Of a DNA stretch of 64,000 nt, positions 38,754-52,658 are shown in pieces. Numbering within the stretch: position 1 is the first letter of the stretch; every line of letters starts with the position of its first letter. The position numbers and the translations under genes are program-made. Under the pieces are notes generated by a model. That model was not told the DNA's origin. It was given only the letters and a program-made list of their open reading frames with translations, and ran no database searches. This stretch comes from Eledone cirrhosa (taxonomy: Eukaryota), in the NCBI GenBank assembly GCA_964016885.1, contig OZ024742.1:79422001-79486000 (forward strand), written 5' to 3'.

Positions 38754-41186
38754 TTACCTTCCAAAAATCCTGCAGAAGGTTTTAGAGGTTCTATGTTGAC
38801 AGTTGCTGAAAAAATCCGCTCTTCTATTAATTAACAAGGGGCCGCCTCTAATAATATTGAAAGTTTCAGCTATACATAAATTGCAGACGCCAGTGCTGCC
38901 GTTATAAGGTTGGGGTGAACAAACTATGGACCAAGATAAGGAGCGCTCTATATTCTGAAGTTTAAGCTTCCAGACTAATTCCGAAAGTGCCGTGCTATTT
39001 TTCTTATCTAATCTATTAAAGGTATGGCGGTGATTATACCATCTATCCTTAAATTCAGTGGCAGTTGCTCCAACATACCTAAAAGTTCTATCAGGAGTGG
39101 AGACCTTACAGTCCTAGACTATGTGTTTGGTAAGGAATTCCCCAGCCAAGGGGCAGGTGGCGGTACTTCTGCAGTTGCAATTTCTGCTATCGATCTGGGT
39201 GGTTCGGGAAGGACCACGGTACCTTTGGGGTCGGGTCTCAGTTCCAGTCTGCTCTATGGGTAAATTCCCCGGGGTAGGGGCGACCCGACTCGCCTCACGT
39301 GTATGAGTCAGTTCCTCAATAGAGCTGCCATTGTTCCTGCCATGCCTAAATCCCTCATTGGCTGTCTTAAGTCTACTAAAATTCATCTTAGCTATATTCT
39401 GAGCTATGTTACTAGTTGTGGAGTAGGACAACTTGATAGTATTTCTATTGAATATTTCATAATATCTGTGCGATCTGGGGAAGCAATTGTCTAAGGCCCT
39501 AAAGAAAAGCTTAGCTATACTAGTGGTCAGGCCAGTGGAGTAAGGGGGATTAAACCACATGAATTTTCTGGTCCGATGTCTCCTGTTCCTACTAACTATA
39601 TTAGAATTACCACTCACCCTAGTAGTATCCAGTCTATTGTAACTGGAAATTACCTGTGAGTCGGAGGTGTCCAGGGGTGTCACGATTGTGTTCAGAATCG
39701 TCCCAAGTCTCCAGGACGGTGTAACCCCCGTGCGGCTATTGGGGTTACCCTCGATAGCTAGGGTTGTATCAGGTATGTGTCTGCTACACCTGTCCCAATT
39801 CCCCCTACTTGACCCTCGTTCCATACAACGTTCAACGGAAGTTCTATCGGTTCCACAATTAAGGTTACTACTAGAGTTTCCGCTGGCGTTACGTTGCTCA
39901 GACCCAGTGTTAGTACCTGGGTGGATGTTTCTATTAGTACTTACAGCATTGGAACTATGCGGCAGTACAGCATGAAGACTATGTGAAACCTCCCTCGTAT
40001 CCCGCCTGCTGTTAACTAGAGTGTCACCATAAAGGCCTAAGCTATCGCGAACAAAGTTACTACTACTATTTAATGGACGTTTGAATGAGATTCCCTCGCT
40101 ATGTCCTGCGCGTTCCAGGGCGCTATTATAGTAATTCGAGATCTTATTAAAGGTATCTACATTGTAAGAAAGCCCTGAAATTCTACTAGAGACGCTTTTG
40201 GTAATACCGTTAATGACTATTCTAGGGTGGTTCGATTTTGCGTTGATATAGTTTAGATTCTCGTTAGGTTTGTGGTAAGGTTGGAAGAGTCCTGAATTGA
40301 GGTCAAGTGTAACATCTAGAAAATTAACTATTTTTAAATTCTCTTCAAATACTATACTTAGGTCTATGCTCTTGAAGAATTTGCTAAGTTTTTTCCTCAC
40401 CCTCTCTACCATACTATTACTGTGGAACGACACAGTAAACAAGACGTTGTCGCGGTAAGCGCCGCCTCCCAAGTGGGGCATCTCAGCTCCGAGACTGTCA
40501 AGGATGTAAAGGCCCATCAGATCAGTCACCTGTGCCGAGTCCGAGGATCCCATGGTGATGTCGAAATTATCCGGCCAATCCCTCCTAGTCCACAGGTCAC
40601 CGTTGAACTCAATTAGGGTTTTTCTAGCTAGGAGGATAATGCTAATTTCCTCGGATGTAAGGTCGGTGTGTAAGCTAGCAAAATTAAGGGCCCTACCTAG
40701 GAGAGTTGGAGAGATTGAAGAGTAGTAATTGGAGATATTGAACTGTATAAACTTAGTGCTATTCTTATTCTGCGATTTCTCAAACCAGTTAATTACCTCA
40801 CTAGTTCCTGACCACAACTTGAGCTTCGATCTCCTAACTAGGGTGGGGATTATCTTATCAGGGATGTTTTTACTTACGATTCCTATGTCCCACTTCGAAG
40901 GGACTATCAACCTGATAGGTCTTAATGATTCTAAGTTCAATTTGTGGTCCTTCAGCAAAATCCTCGGGGTTCTAGGATGGAAGGGTTCGGTTTTATCCTC
41001 AATACCCAGTTTAATCATGACGCCATTGGCCTCCGTGTTAATTAAATCCAGGTTGGCGCGCGTAGTTTTTCTGTAGTTTTTTCTAAGTTCTCTGGTTATC
41101 AAATCATCATAAGTTACTCTATCCATATCGTACAGGTTGCTAGTCTTATCTGCGTGCACCAAAATGCCGGTCGAGTTCTTCAATTT
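38754..41186 (-). pseudogene. PLE reverse transcriptase / GIY-YIG endonuclease polyprotein (5'-truncated, one TAG)
   Basis: ADKT, RLIVP, FDITMGS, YRDN (YRDD mutated), NFLDVTL, WFNPPYS and CNCR..CPL. Beyond the TAG at 39114-39116 the frame continues YVGAT..FKDRWYNH..CNLC..CQHR to TAA at 38754. Confidence 0.9.
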
Positions 41187-42234
41187 TGCAGTTGCTTGCA
41201 CGCACGGATTTGGTTATTTTGATTCTCAACTGGACAGCGGTACACAAAGAGTTCGACATGAGCTGAATGCTTGCTCTTCACATGGATGTGTATATACCCG
41301 GATACCCCCCCCCCCCCCTTGGGAGGGGGGGGGGGGGCGATTCGGATGTATGTATACCTTTTGCCATAATACACACTTGAAGATATGGATGTTACAATTG
41401 GATGTATACGCGTATAGCAGAACATTGAACTGAAATTACTTGCGCGCACGCACGTGGGTGTGTGTATATGTGTGTAGCGTTGGTTGACCCAATGTTTCCA
41501 ATCTGCATCGTCAAATTGAGCTCTTCACATGGATGTGTATATACCCAGACTTCCATTTTTTGGCTGATTCGGGTGTGTGTATAGCTTTTGCCATAACACA
41601 CACTTGAAGATATTGATGTTGCAGTTGGGTCTTTACACGTACAGCAGAAAACTGAACTGAAATTACTTGCGCGCACGCGCTTGTGTATGTGTGTGTAGCG
41701 TTGGTTAACTTAACATTTCCGATTTACATCGTCAAATTGAGATTTGACCGCCATAATTTCTGTTGCTTTACGAACTAACTTTTCGGTGATTGCTGTGTTG
41801 GTACATTCTTATATATGCTTTTTCTCGAATGTCGCTTCGGTGTGTGTTGGGGTGTATGTGTGCCCACCCACGCTAATTCTGCGGGTTTAATACTGTGTTG
41901 TTGTGTGTACATGTATTTATTTTTATGTTTATTTTTATTTTTATTTTTATTTTTATTTTTATTTTTATTTGACCTCGAGCCGATGTATGCGTGTGTGGAG
42001 TGTGTGTGTATCCACTTACTTCTAACTGTGACTGACTGCATCCCTACGGATTTGTTTCGATGTCCAGCCTCTTTTGCAGCGATGGAAGTCTGAAAACTTT
42101 TGTGACCTCAATTTTAAGCTAATAGCAGTCGCCTCGTCTCTGACTGACTGATGTGTCTCCATATGAGGGAATGAATTATGTGAGGTAACATCGTTTTTCT
42201 CCCTCATATCAAGAAATTTGAAGACAATTCATTT

Positions 42235-42308
42235 TCACCTGATGAGATCAGTGATAATTGATCGTGGCTTCACAATCGATCTATCTCTTATTGAAACATG
42301 TGTCGTGA
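42235..42308 (+). ncRNA. Hammerhead ribozyme in inverted PLE pLTR
   Basis: tcac CTGATGA gat...att GAAAC atgt GTC gtga. Confidence 0.85.
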
Positions 42309-42488
42309 TTAAATGATTGGAATTTTACCTTGCCTTCGGATTTTCATTTTGGTACTTATAATCCGTTTTAAATCATCTAGCTGTTCCCTCGAATGGAATT
42401 GGAGATATACAAAAGCGTTGAGAACTTAATATTGCTAACATAAAATTATTGGACCTTTTTACACAACCAATATTGCACCTTACTATAT

Positions 42489-42530
<42 letters not shown>

Positions 42531-43932
42531 TATAAACTCAATATATAACTGGTTGTATTATTGTATGTATCTTTATATATATGTAAAATAGAAAGTCTAT
42601 TGACAAATAGAAAATAAAAGAGACGCTGACAGGCGCCAGGTACCAATGAAAGTGATACCCTATAGTGAACGCCCTTGTAGTATCATGTCAATGATACCAA
42701 CCACTTCAGTGTTTCTTCGCCTTCTAAAAGAAAAGTCATCTTTCGTTTTCTTTTCATTGAATTAACTCTTGACGACACAGACCATTACTAGTTTTCTCTA
42801 AATCTAGTAATTGTATTTGTTTCTGATTGTACGTGATATTGTTTTAATTGGATTCCTAATCTTCTGAATAGTTCCAGGGAATGAAGCAGCGCATATCAAG
42901 CGACTGATTGCTTGTTGAATTCCAAACACATTGCAATATTTCACGTTATTTGCGAGTGGAAATATTGAACTGATATGTTGATATGACTGAGAACAAAAAA
43001 CAAAAACCAAAAAAAAACAAAAACTACAACACAAATTAATATTGCTTGCCAGGACTCTTAATTAAAAGAAAATACGCTTAAACCTCAAAACAATGTTTTT
43101 TGATTTAGTCCCAAAACAGTTCCTATAGAGCAAACTTATGATCAGCATCATTCCATTCCATCATTGTTTTCGTATATAGGACCACATTAATGTACCTTAT
43201 ACGTAAAATATTTAAATGTAATTTCAGGAAAATGTTCCAATATCTAGTACTTTGAACGGTTATATAGGGGTAAGCTCTTTGTCACAGTCTCCCCCCTCAC
43301 TCGCGCTCACCTAGGTAATAACTAATGTTTAACATAGGGTAGAGATGACAGAAAATGATGCAATACGATGACTTGATCTTTTTGTGTTCAATACAGTCGA
43401 ATGAATTGTACATCACTGACATGTATTGTACTAAGAATAGCAGAATCGTTGGAGTGCCAGATAAACTGTTCCATGGCCTTTCTGACTTCACTCTGCACAC
43501 TGAATTCAATGCGTGCCGAAGTCAACATTTCTTTTTATCATTTAAGTATTGATAAAAAAAGGTACATTTCAGTACTGGGCCGATACTTCTTCTCTCCCCT
43601 CTCTTTCTCTGTGGCCCCGCATTTTAAATAAAATATTCAACGTTACGTCATTGTATCATATCAGTTACACGCTCGTTTGTAGCCGGACAGCCAACATCGA
43701 GTTCCATACTACGATGAACAACAAAAAAACAACAACAAAAAAAACAAAAAAAAAACAAAAACAAACAACAAACAAACATTACAACTAAATACCTGTTTGA
43801 TGACAACTCATTAAATAATTGTTTCACAACGAATTCAATATCTGAAATGTGCATACCAGGATGATGTATAAGCAGACGATCTATACCTGATACCATCTCT
43901 TTTCTTTTTTTATAATGTACCTCTCTCTCTCT

Positions 43933-44157
<225 letters not shown>

Positions 44158-44171
44158 TATATATATATACC

Positions 44172-44646
44172 ATGGAAAAGAATGAACTGAAATTCCATTT
44201 CTCACTCTTAGTACGGCTGATACTTAAATATAAGTATGCATACGTACATACATATATTTATACAGACGTACAGTAGTATGTATATGTATACATACATGCA
44301 CACATATATATATGTTCGTATGGGTTTACCGAACATTTATTATAATGTTCGCTTTGTTTGTAAACAAACAGCCCGAATTACGCCGTACAGTGCTCGGCAA
44401 CCATCGTTGTCCTTTTGTTCAACACTGACAAAGGAACGATGTACTAGTTTCAAGCTTATTAGCTATCGTCAGCATCGTATACCTTCCTGTCAGATGATTG
44501 AACTTTTGAAAGTAGATACTTTCCTTATGCATATTAGCAGCCTAATTTGCATATCGAGTGAGTTAGTCGGTCGGGCGTACCGAAAACGATAAATGGAGAA
44601 GAATGAAATGAAATTTCATTTCTCACTCTTAGTACGGCTGATACTT
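44172..44646 (-). mobile_element. HHR family A, ~1.1 units
   Basis: Reverse complement of family A, with terminal repeat catttctcactcttagtacggctgatactta at both ends. Confidence 0.85.
44436..44478 (-). ncRNA. Hammerhead ribozyme (family A)
   Basis: acgatg CTGACGA tagctaataagctt GAAAC ta GTA catcgt, with a perfect stem I. Confidence 0.9.
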
Positions 44647-45742
44647 AGTAGTAGTTTGTTAACTTAGAACGATCAGACCTATGATGAACGGAGTTTCGGA
44701 AATGGCGCTTGTATTATTATCCAAGTGTAGTATACCCTGAATACATTATACTATATGTTCAGTTAAAAAAAAAATGATTGGTTTGAAAATATCACTCGTA
44801 TTTCAAGCAGGTTGGACCTTTGTGTCGAAGCTCCTTTGATGTATCGTTAATACATTTATTCGATTACGTCAGAGACAACTAATATCCAATGGTGTTCTAT
44901 AACAGAAGGTGAGCGCAGATCAAACAGTTCAAAAAGTATTCTAGGTGTGACTATCCTACATTATCCCAGGTGCCACAAACGTAGGACTAGATTATCCAGT
45001 GTGTGCTTCATTTTTATTTCTACAAAAATAGGGTGCAATTTAACAGGGATCTGGTTAGTATATCTAGCAGTTTCAGTAATGCGTAGAAGCTCTCTTATTG
45101 TTCCTATTATTGAATGATCTTTGAATTCAAATCCCGCCGATCTCAGCTTTGCCTTTCATCCTTACGAGCTCGATAAAATAAAGCACCAGTTATGAACTGG
45201 GGTAGATTTAATCGAAATTCACCCCCCTCCAAAGATTGTTAGTCGTGTGCCTAAATCAGAAACTATTATATAATGATCTTCATATATGTCGAACAGCAAT
45301 CATGCGACAATTTAATGAAAATTTGACTGTTATTTCTAGGAGGATGATTGACAGTATTGAAACTGTCTCCTTGGCTCATATTTAATGTTCTTTGCATATC
45401 TCGAACTGCAATCATGTGATCGTTCGTAGAGCGATGATAAAATCTAAGTAAGTCATCAAACCATTTTTTTTTCATTGCTCCTATTGCAATATCTGAACAC
45501 ATTTGTCATTTAAGCATTAAATTATATATCGTGTAATAGAGTATATATTTCAAAACATTTACCAAACTATATCGACTAGTTTTCTTTAGTTTTATTAACA
45601 TTAATTTCACGTTGTATATTGTAACGTTTTTCTGCTTATTGAGTAAGTGTTGCACACGAAAAGAGATGTTTGTAATGCCAAGTATATGTCACATCCATCA
45701 TTCTACCTACCACAGTAACACACACACACACACACACACACA

Positions 45743-45818
<76 letters not shown>

Positions 45819-46232
45819 TCAATGGACTGACTGTACTATTGTGATAAGGACACAAAACTATCGATCGATTTATGTCAGAAGTACAAGAGAATTTGACGGA
45901 ATTTGGCTAGTTGCTTTAAATCATAGATAGTCTGTATCGGTGAATTGTTCTAAATATTTAGTTATTGTTGTTGTTTAGCTCGAGGTCCGAGGCGAGAATG
46001 AACAAACCTACAATCATATCTTTTATAATCAGATAGGACAACATTATCCAGTAGGTTATTGTTATAACATTGTAAGGCATAATCCGAGGGGCAGTTCACT
46101 GTCATTTCTAGAGAGGGAAGCTATCATTTACCGGGTATATCGTATCTCGTTATTGTTGCTGGTGGCCATATATTCTTGTTAATGGAATTATTATTTCACC
46201 GTCCTATTTCGTCGATTGAAAGTGATCATATA

Positions 46233-46289
<57 letters not shown>

Positions 46290-46992
46290 TTAGCGAGAAT
46301 CGCATTTCGGCGAGTAGAAATTAGCGAAACGCAACTTCCGAATTGTGTTGGCAAGCGCTCAATGGATATGAAGATACCAGAGCTATAAACATAAGTTTAA
46401 AAGGCCATACAAAACCGAGACGATGGTTAAGAAGCCATTAACCACCTAAGCCAAAAAAGCGAGCAAGCTAAGCGGTTAAAAAAAAATAAGATATGATTTA
46501 AATATTTATCCGGATCCCGGGGATGATGGTAAAATCCGATATAGGGTTTCTGCGACACCTAAATCAATAATACTGTCTGCTTATAAAAAATAATAAGCTT
46601 TTCGTATAATGATCGAACAAGGATATCACTTTCTCAACAGGCAGTTTGTTCTGCATGCGCCAGGATCTCACAGTTTTCGAAAGCACATGTGAACTCCAAA
46701 GGGCAGAAAACCCTCAGTTTGGGCAAATGAATTCAGTATGTGTAGTCATTGCAAACATTTGCAAAAGTAGCACAAAACGAATAAAGCGAATATATAAACG
46801 AATATATATATATATAAATTGAATAGAATGTAACGAAATTTCATTTCTCACTCTTAGTACGGGACTTACTTAAAACAAACCGAGCATTATAATAAATGTT
46901 CGGTAAACCGATACGTGCATATATATATATGCGTGCATGTATGTATATATATACATATTACTGTACGTCTGTATACATATATGTATGTACGT

Positions 46993-47063
<71 letters not shown>

Positions 47064-47130
47064 TATATATATATATAATATATATATATATATTTATTTA
47101 TTTATGTAATAAACAACATAAGATAATTAT

Positions 47131-47191
47131 TTCATTTACCAGTGGTTTCTTGAAGCCAGATGTTGTGTCTGTCTTCAGTCGTCAGTATGAA
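47131..47191 (-). ncRNA. Type I hammerhead ribozyme
   Basis: ttcata CTGACGA c-tgaag...cttca-a GAAACC act GGTA aatgaa. Confidence 0.8.
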
Positions 47192-47719
47192 TAAAAAACA
47201 TGGTGTTTTTATTAAATATGGATTTGAAAAGAAAATTTAGGAAATATGAAAGTGAGGCTGAAAAAACGGGCGAAAAGGAAATAGGGGAAAAAAAAATATA
47301 TATATATAAAAATATAAATAACCAGAACGTAAACATACACAAACTGAACTACGCGCATATACTAAAAAGTACGTAGACTCACATAAGTGTATTTGTGTCT
47401 ACAAATAAATACAGGACAGGTACATAAATACATACACATACATATACACAAATATATACATAAATACAGACACATCTATATACACAGATATATATGCATT
47501 CAAATATGTACACACAGATACGGGAAGTAGTTAGAAAGCAGGAATAACTAATTAAATAAATAAGGACAAAAAGTACAATATATATATAGGAGAGAGTATG
47601 ACTCCGACGACAGGGCTCTGCCGTCGGGGACATACTCTCTCCTATTACCCACCCTACTGCCCTAAGTATTGAGTACTCTGGTGCGTTATGGTCCATCTGG
47701 TTCCTTACCACAACTCCTC

Positions 47720-47766
<47 letters not shown>

Positions 47767-47849
47767 AGAAAGTAAAAATCAAAATCAAAAACAAAATAAA
47801 GTAAAAAAAGGTGGGGACGTGTTGACAACGATAGGTGTGAGTGTGTGTG

Positions 47850-49160
47850 GGGAGCTTTAAATTTCGCTAGAAAGTTTACCAATATCTCTGATATTGAAGA
47901 GAATGTCATCTTGCACGCTAGAAACACTCTACTCTTTACTGATAATGACACTTGGGTAAAAATATCTAACCCAGAGAGCCCATTCGATGTCTCAATGGGC
48001 TCTTTTGACAGTGCTGATGTTTGTGATTTAGTCGGCCTATTCCTCCTACACACACTTAAACAAAAATTCCCTAACCATATTTTTGGGCTTTATCGCGACG
48101 ATGGTCTAATACTTTCCCATACCACCATAGGCCATAACTTAGATAGATTAAGGAAAGACCTAATAAAAACCATTGCTAGTTTTAATCTTAAAATTACTAT
48201 TGACACTAACCTTTCCAATGTTCATTTTCTAGATATAAACCTAGGTTTGCCTACTGCTTCTTATAAAGCATACCATAAACCTAATGAAAATTTAAAATAT
48301 ATAAATAAAGGCTCTTGCCATCCTCCTATAGTTTTTAAAAACCTTATCCCTAATATTAGCCGTAGGATCTCCACACTCTCTTCCTCAGAAGCTATTTTCA
48401 ATAAGGCATCCCCCTACTATAATAAAGCCCTTCAAAATAGCGGATTTAGCGAACCGATTAAGTACATACCCAATTATACTAACTCTTTTAAACATAAAAA
48501 TAGGAAAAGAAAAATAATCTGGTTCACACCCCCCTACTCTCTAGCAGTTAAAACTAATGTAGGCAAAAAATTCCTAGAGCTCTTAGATAAACATTTCCCT
48601 AGAACACATAGATACTATAAGATCTTCAATAGAAACTGTGTCAAAATTAGCTACTCCTGCGGTCCCCCTAAAAAATCTTATATCATCAACAAGAAATCAT
48701 CCAGAGAACATCAAAATTGCTCCTGTAGAGTCAAAAGTGAATGCCCATTACAAGGTAAATGCAACACCAAAGCCATTGTATATGCGGCTAAAGTGAAAAC
48801 CATCAGCAACAACCAACCAGCCACCAGCGAACGATATGTGGGTATGGCACAAGACAAATTCAAAACGCGTTATTACTCACATGTATCTTTCCGACATCCA
48901 GAAAAAAGATTCACAACAGCTCTGGCTAGCAGTATATTGGATTTGAAAGACTAAGATATGAAATATAAATTGGATTGGTCAATTTTGAACTAATCTAAAG
49001 AATATGCAAGAGGAACAAGAAGATGCACACTCTGCATAAGTGAAAAGTATTGGATTTTACAAAACCTTAAATCACTAAAAACTTGCCTAAATACAAAAAC
49101 AGAAATTTTTACCAGTTGCCCACACATGAAATCACACTTGCTTTCCAGCTCATATAAACT
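47850..49160 (+). pseudogene. PLE (Naiad-like) RT + GIY-YIG, 5'-truncated
   Basis: FDVSMGSFDSA, LYRDDGL, FLDI, WFTPPYS, CSCR..CPLQGKC..IVY..YVG. Continues past stops to CTLC..CPH. Confidence 0.9.
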
Positions 49161-49796
49161 TAACTCACTTTCAGATACTTATACGCCATAAGCTCTTATT
49201 CTTCACTTAAATTATTCTCTTTACAGATTTCTCTTTCTGATTTACTTTCATTTTTACCTTTATTTTTAATTTTATTTTTATTTTTACTTCACATCCACTA
49301 GTAACCCCCCCCCTCTACTCTTCGATTCACTTACCTAATATCTTCACATTCCACATTTTACTTCCCTATTTTCTTTACTACCTGATTAAAGGGGTCACTT
49401 GCGTTTTCCACTCCAGATATTTTCTGTTGTTTCGCAGCCGATTTTATATTTGTAATCTTTTATTCATAAGGCTGCTTTATACTCTGTATCTATGTGTCTA
49501 AGTGTCTTTACGTGTGTATACGTTCTGTATATGTACACGAACGCCTCCGTATGTGCGCGTGCGTGAGTGTATATATATATGTGTGTATGTGTGTTTTTAT
49601 ATCTATGTTTTTACATCTGTTTTTTACATTCTTATTTTTATGTGTGCGTGTGTAAACGGGTGAATGTACGTGAATGTGTATGTGTGTATGTGTGTATATA
49701 TGTATTGTATGTATGGGTGTGTATGTGTATATGTATATATATATATATATGTATATATATAGTCGCGTACGTACGTGTGATTAGATATACATGGGG

Positions 49797-49844
<48 letters not shown>

Positions 49845-50412
49845 GTGCATCGTGTGTATGTATGTACGCATGCATGCGCTTTTGTCTGTACGTATTTGCG
49901 TGTATAAATATTTTTTTTATAGATATATGTGTATGTACGCGTGTACCTATGTTTGTTTTCTTTTCTCTAGTGTTAATTGACTACTTTCTCTTTCATTTAA
50001 CATTTTTTTCTTTCTAATATATTGTTTCATTTTTATACATATATCGAGAATGACACTTTCTTTTAACTATTACACTCCGTTCCCTCTTTATCTTCCGCAT
50101 ATAAGTGCTTTCATACTCGTATGTGTATCCAATACCTGTATCTGGATACGTGTCAACTATATTATCATTTTCTTTTTCAACTCATATTATATCCGTATTT
50201 GTGGTCACATATACACAAATATACTTGCCCTCATATATGTACTTACGCACACATTTTCACCATACACATGCATTTGTACATACATACATATAACTATATT
50301 TCCTTATATTTTTTTATATATTTTATATATCTCTTGTATTACTTTTATTTATATATATATATATTTTTTTATTTTTTGAGGAGACTTTCCAAATATTTCA
50401 CTATGTTTTATA

Positions 50413-50488
50413 TTGCCTTGTCCGACGAACGAATGAGGACGTTTTTTTCGTATTCGTCTTATTCGGGAAACCTCTGGTAATGAGGTAA
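50413..50488 (+). ncRNA. Hammerhead ribozyme (CCGACGA core) downstream of the 47850 PLE ORF
   Basis: ttgccttgt CCGACGA a-cgaatgaggacg..cgtcttattcg-g GAAACC tct GGTA atgaggtaa. Stem I is 9 bp. Confidence 0.8.
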
Positions 50489-51079
50489 TTATATTGTATT
50501 GTTTATTATACATTAAATTTTGCTCTAGTACTTACATAGAGCACTCTTCACTCCTATGACTTTTTCAATTTTCAACGGAAACTTCAATACTTATATATAT
50601 ACATACACACACATATAAATATAAAAAGACGTATATATATTAGTACACATAAGGCTGTCTGCATATGCGTTCACATACAACCTTATGTGAGTACACTTAA
50701 AAACTTAGTGGGTAAGTAAGGACAAAGAGGAGTAAAACTGAAATAAAATAATAAAACAATTATTAAGAAGAGGTAAGGGAGACAAGTGGTGTAAAAGTTG
50801 TAGTAGAGACTAAGTGGTTGTGATGAGATCTGGATCAGGGTATTTAGTTAAAAAGTGATCTGGGTAAAGGATAAAGGTGGTGGGTGTGTATGTATTAAAG
50901 GTGTGGTAGATAGTAGGAGGTGAGGGTATATAAGTCAAATGATATATAGAAAGAGATGAGGGAGAAAAGGTATATATTGGTAGAAAGCATGTGTTCATAA
51001 GGTAATGAAATTGGTAGTGAGTGGAAGGCGTGATAATTAAAGAAGAAGCTCAAGGTGGTTGAGTTAATCCAGTTAAAAA

Positions 51080-52452
51080 GTAGATGCGATTTCAGGTGCG
51101 TACAACATCTACTTATCTTGGTCTTAGAGTGGTATGGGTTTTCAAGTTTTGGAGAATTCTAAATTTTTCCATAGTACACAAAGAACATTTCTTTGTACCC
51201 CTCTGGTATTCTCTGGAATGGGCTAAAATAGACCAATCAATAGTGTACGGAATGTTTTTGTCTTTAAACTCCCACACTTTATTTGCCAGCGCCATTGCTG
51301 TTCTTTTTTCAGGGTGTTTGATAGACGCGACATGTGCATAATACCTGGTTTTAAATCTGTCCTGAGTCATGCCAACATATCGTTCACTCCTGGCTGGCTG
51401 GTTATTAATCATTGGTGTCAATTTGGCCTCATACACACTAGATTTGGTATTACATTTACCATGTAATAGGAATTCTTCCGGCTTCCTGCAACTGCATCGT
51501 GGATTTACTCTAGTACCATTAGAGTTGGTAATTTTAGATTTCATTGATGGGCAGCAAGAGTAACTGATTTTAACTATATTTCTATTGAATATCTTATTAT
51601 ATCTATGATTAGGGGAAAAATATTTGTCAAGGATGTCGAGGAATTTTCTTCCTACGTTAGTTTTAACAGTTAGAGAGAAGGGGGGGGGGGTCTAAACCAA
51701 ATAATTTTTATTTTCCTGTTATTGTGTTTAGTGTTAGAAAGAGGAGTAGGTGAATATTTAATTTGTTCGGTGAAGCCGCTGTTACTAAGGGCTTTATTGT
51801 AATAAGGGGCGGCTGTGTTAAAATGTCTATAGACGAAGATAAGGTAGAAATCCTACGGCTAATATTAGGAATAAGATTTTTAGAGACTATAGAGGGATGG
51901 CCTGACTCTTTGTGTATATATCTTAAATTTTCATTGATAAGGTTTAAAAGAGGCGGTAAGTAGGTCAAGATTGATATCAAGAAAGTTAGTATTAGTAAGA
52001 TTCGTATCTATAGTAATTTTAAGGTTTAGGTTAGCAAAGGTGTTGATTAAGTATTTACGGAATGTATCATGGTTATGGCCGTTGGTGGTATGAGAAACTG
52101 CCAAACCGTCGTTTCGGTATAAACCGATATTATGGCAAGGAAATTCTCTTTAAGGGTGTGGAGGAGGAATAATCCTACTAAGTCGCACACATCGGCATTA
52201 TCATATGAGCCCATTGTAATATCAAAAGAGTTTTCAGGGCTTGATTTTTTAACCCAAGTACCTTCATTAGCAAAGAGTAGTGTTTTCCTAGCATGAAAGA
52301 TAACGTCTTCTTCTAATTTAGAAATATTAATGAAAAGTCTAGCAAAATCTAAAGCTTTTGTTAATAAGGATTCAGTGATAGAGGGGTACACTATTGATTG
52401 GTCTATTTTAGACCATTCAAGAGAATACCAAAGGGGCACAAAGAAATATTCT
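51080..52452 (-). pseudogene. Degraded PLE (Naiad-like) RT + GIY-YIG with short inverted 5' segment
   Basis: FDITMGSYDNADVCDLVGL, CSCR, YVGMT..FKTRYYAH and CSLC. 52385-52452 is an inverted copy of about 51175-51245. Confidence 0.85.
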
Positions 52453-52477
52453 ATATTTATATATATATATAGTAATA

Positions 52478-52658
52478 CTAATTGTTTCTATGTTAGGCAC
52501 AAGGCCAGCAATTACCCAGTGCATTACTGGTACTTTATTTTATAGACCCCGTAAGGATGAAAGGCAAAGTCAACCTCGGCGGGATTTGAACTCAGATCGT
52601 AAAGGGACGTAACTATGCTGGAAAGCATGGCGCCCGACCCTCTACCGACACTGCCAAT
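52478..52658 (-). mobile_element. tRNA-derived SINE (same family as 3138)
   Basis: Same head, central domain and tail. Confidence 0.8.

Larger units (their letters stand above)
36962..42493 (-). mobile_element. Penelope-like retroelement (Naiad-like) with ~1.2-kb inverted pseudo-LTRs, in a (TA)n tract
   Basis: 36962-38186 is the reverse complement of 41187-42351. An RT + GIY-YIG ORF lies between them, each arm has an HHR, and (TA)n flanks both ends. Confidence 0.9.

Noticed and set aside
39114-39116. TAG before the GIY-YIG domain as programmed readthrough
   Set aside because: It occupies the Tyr of IVY, one substitution away, and the RT's YRDD is also mutated. Decay is the simpler explanation.
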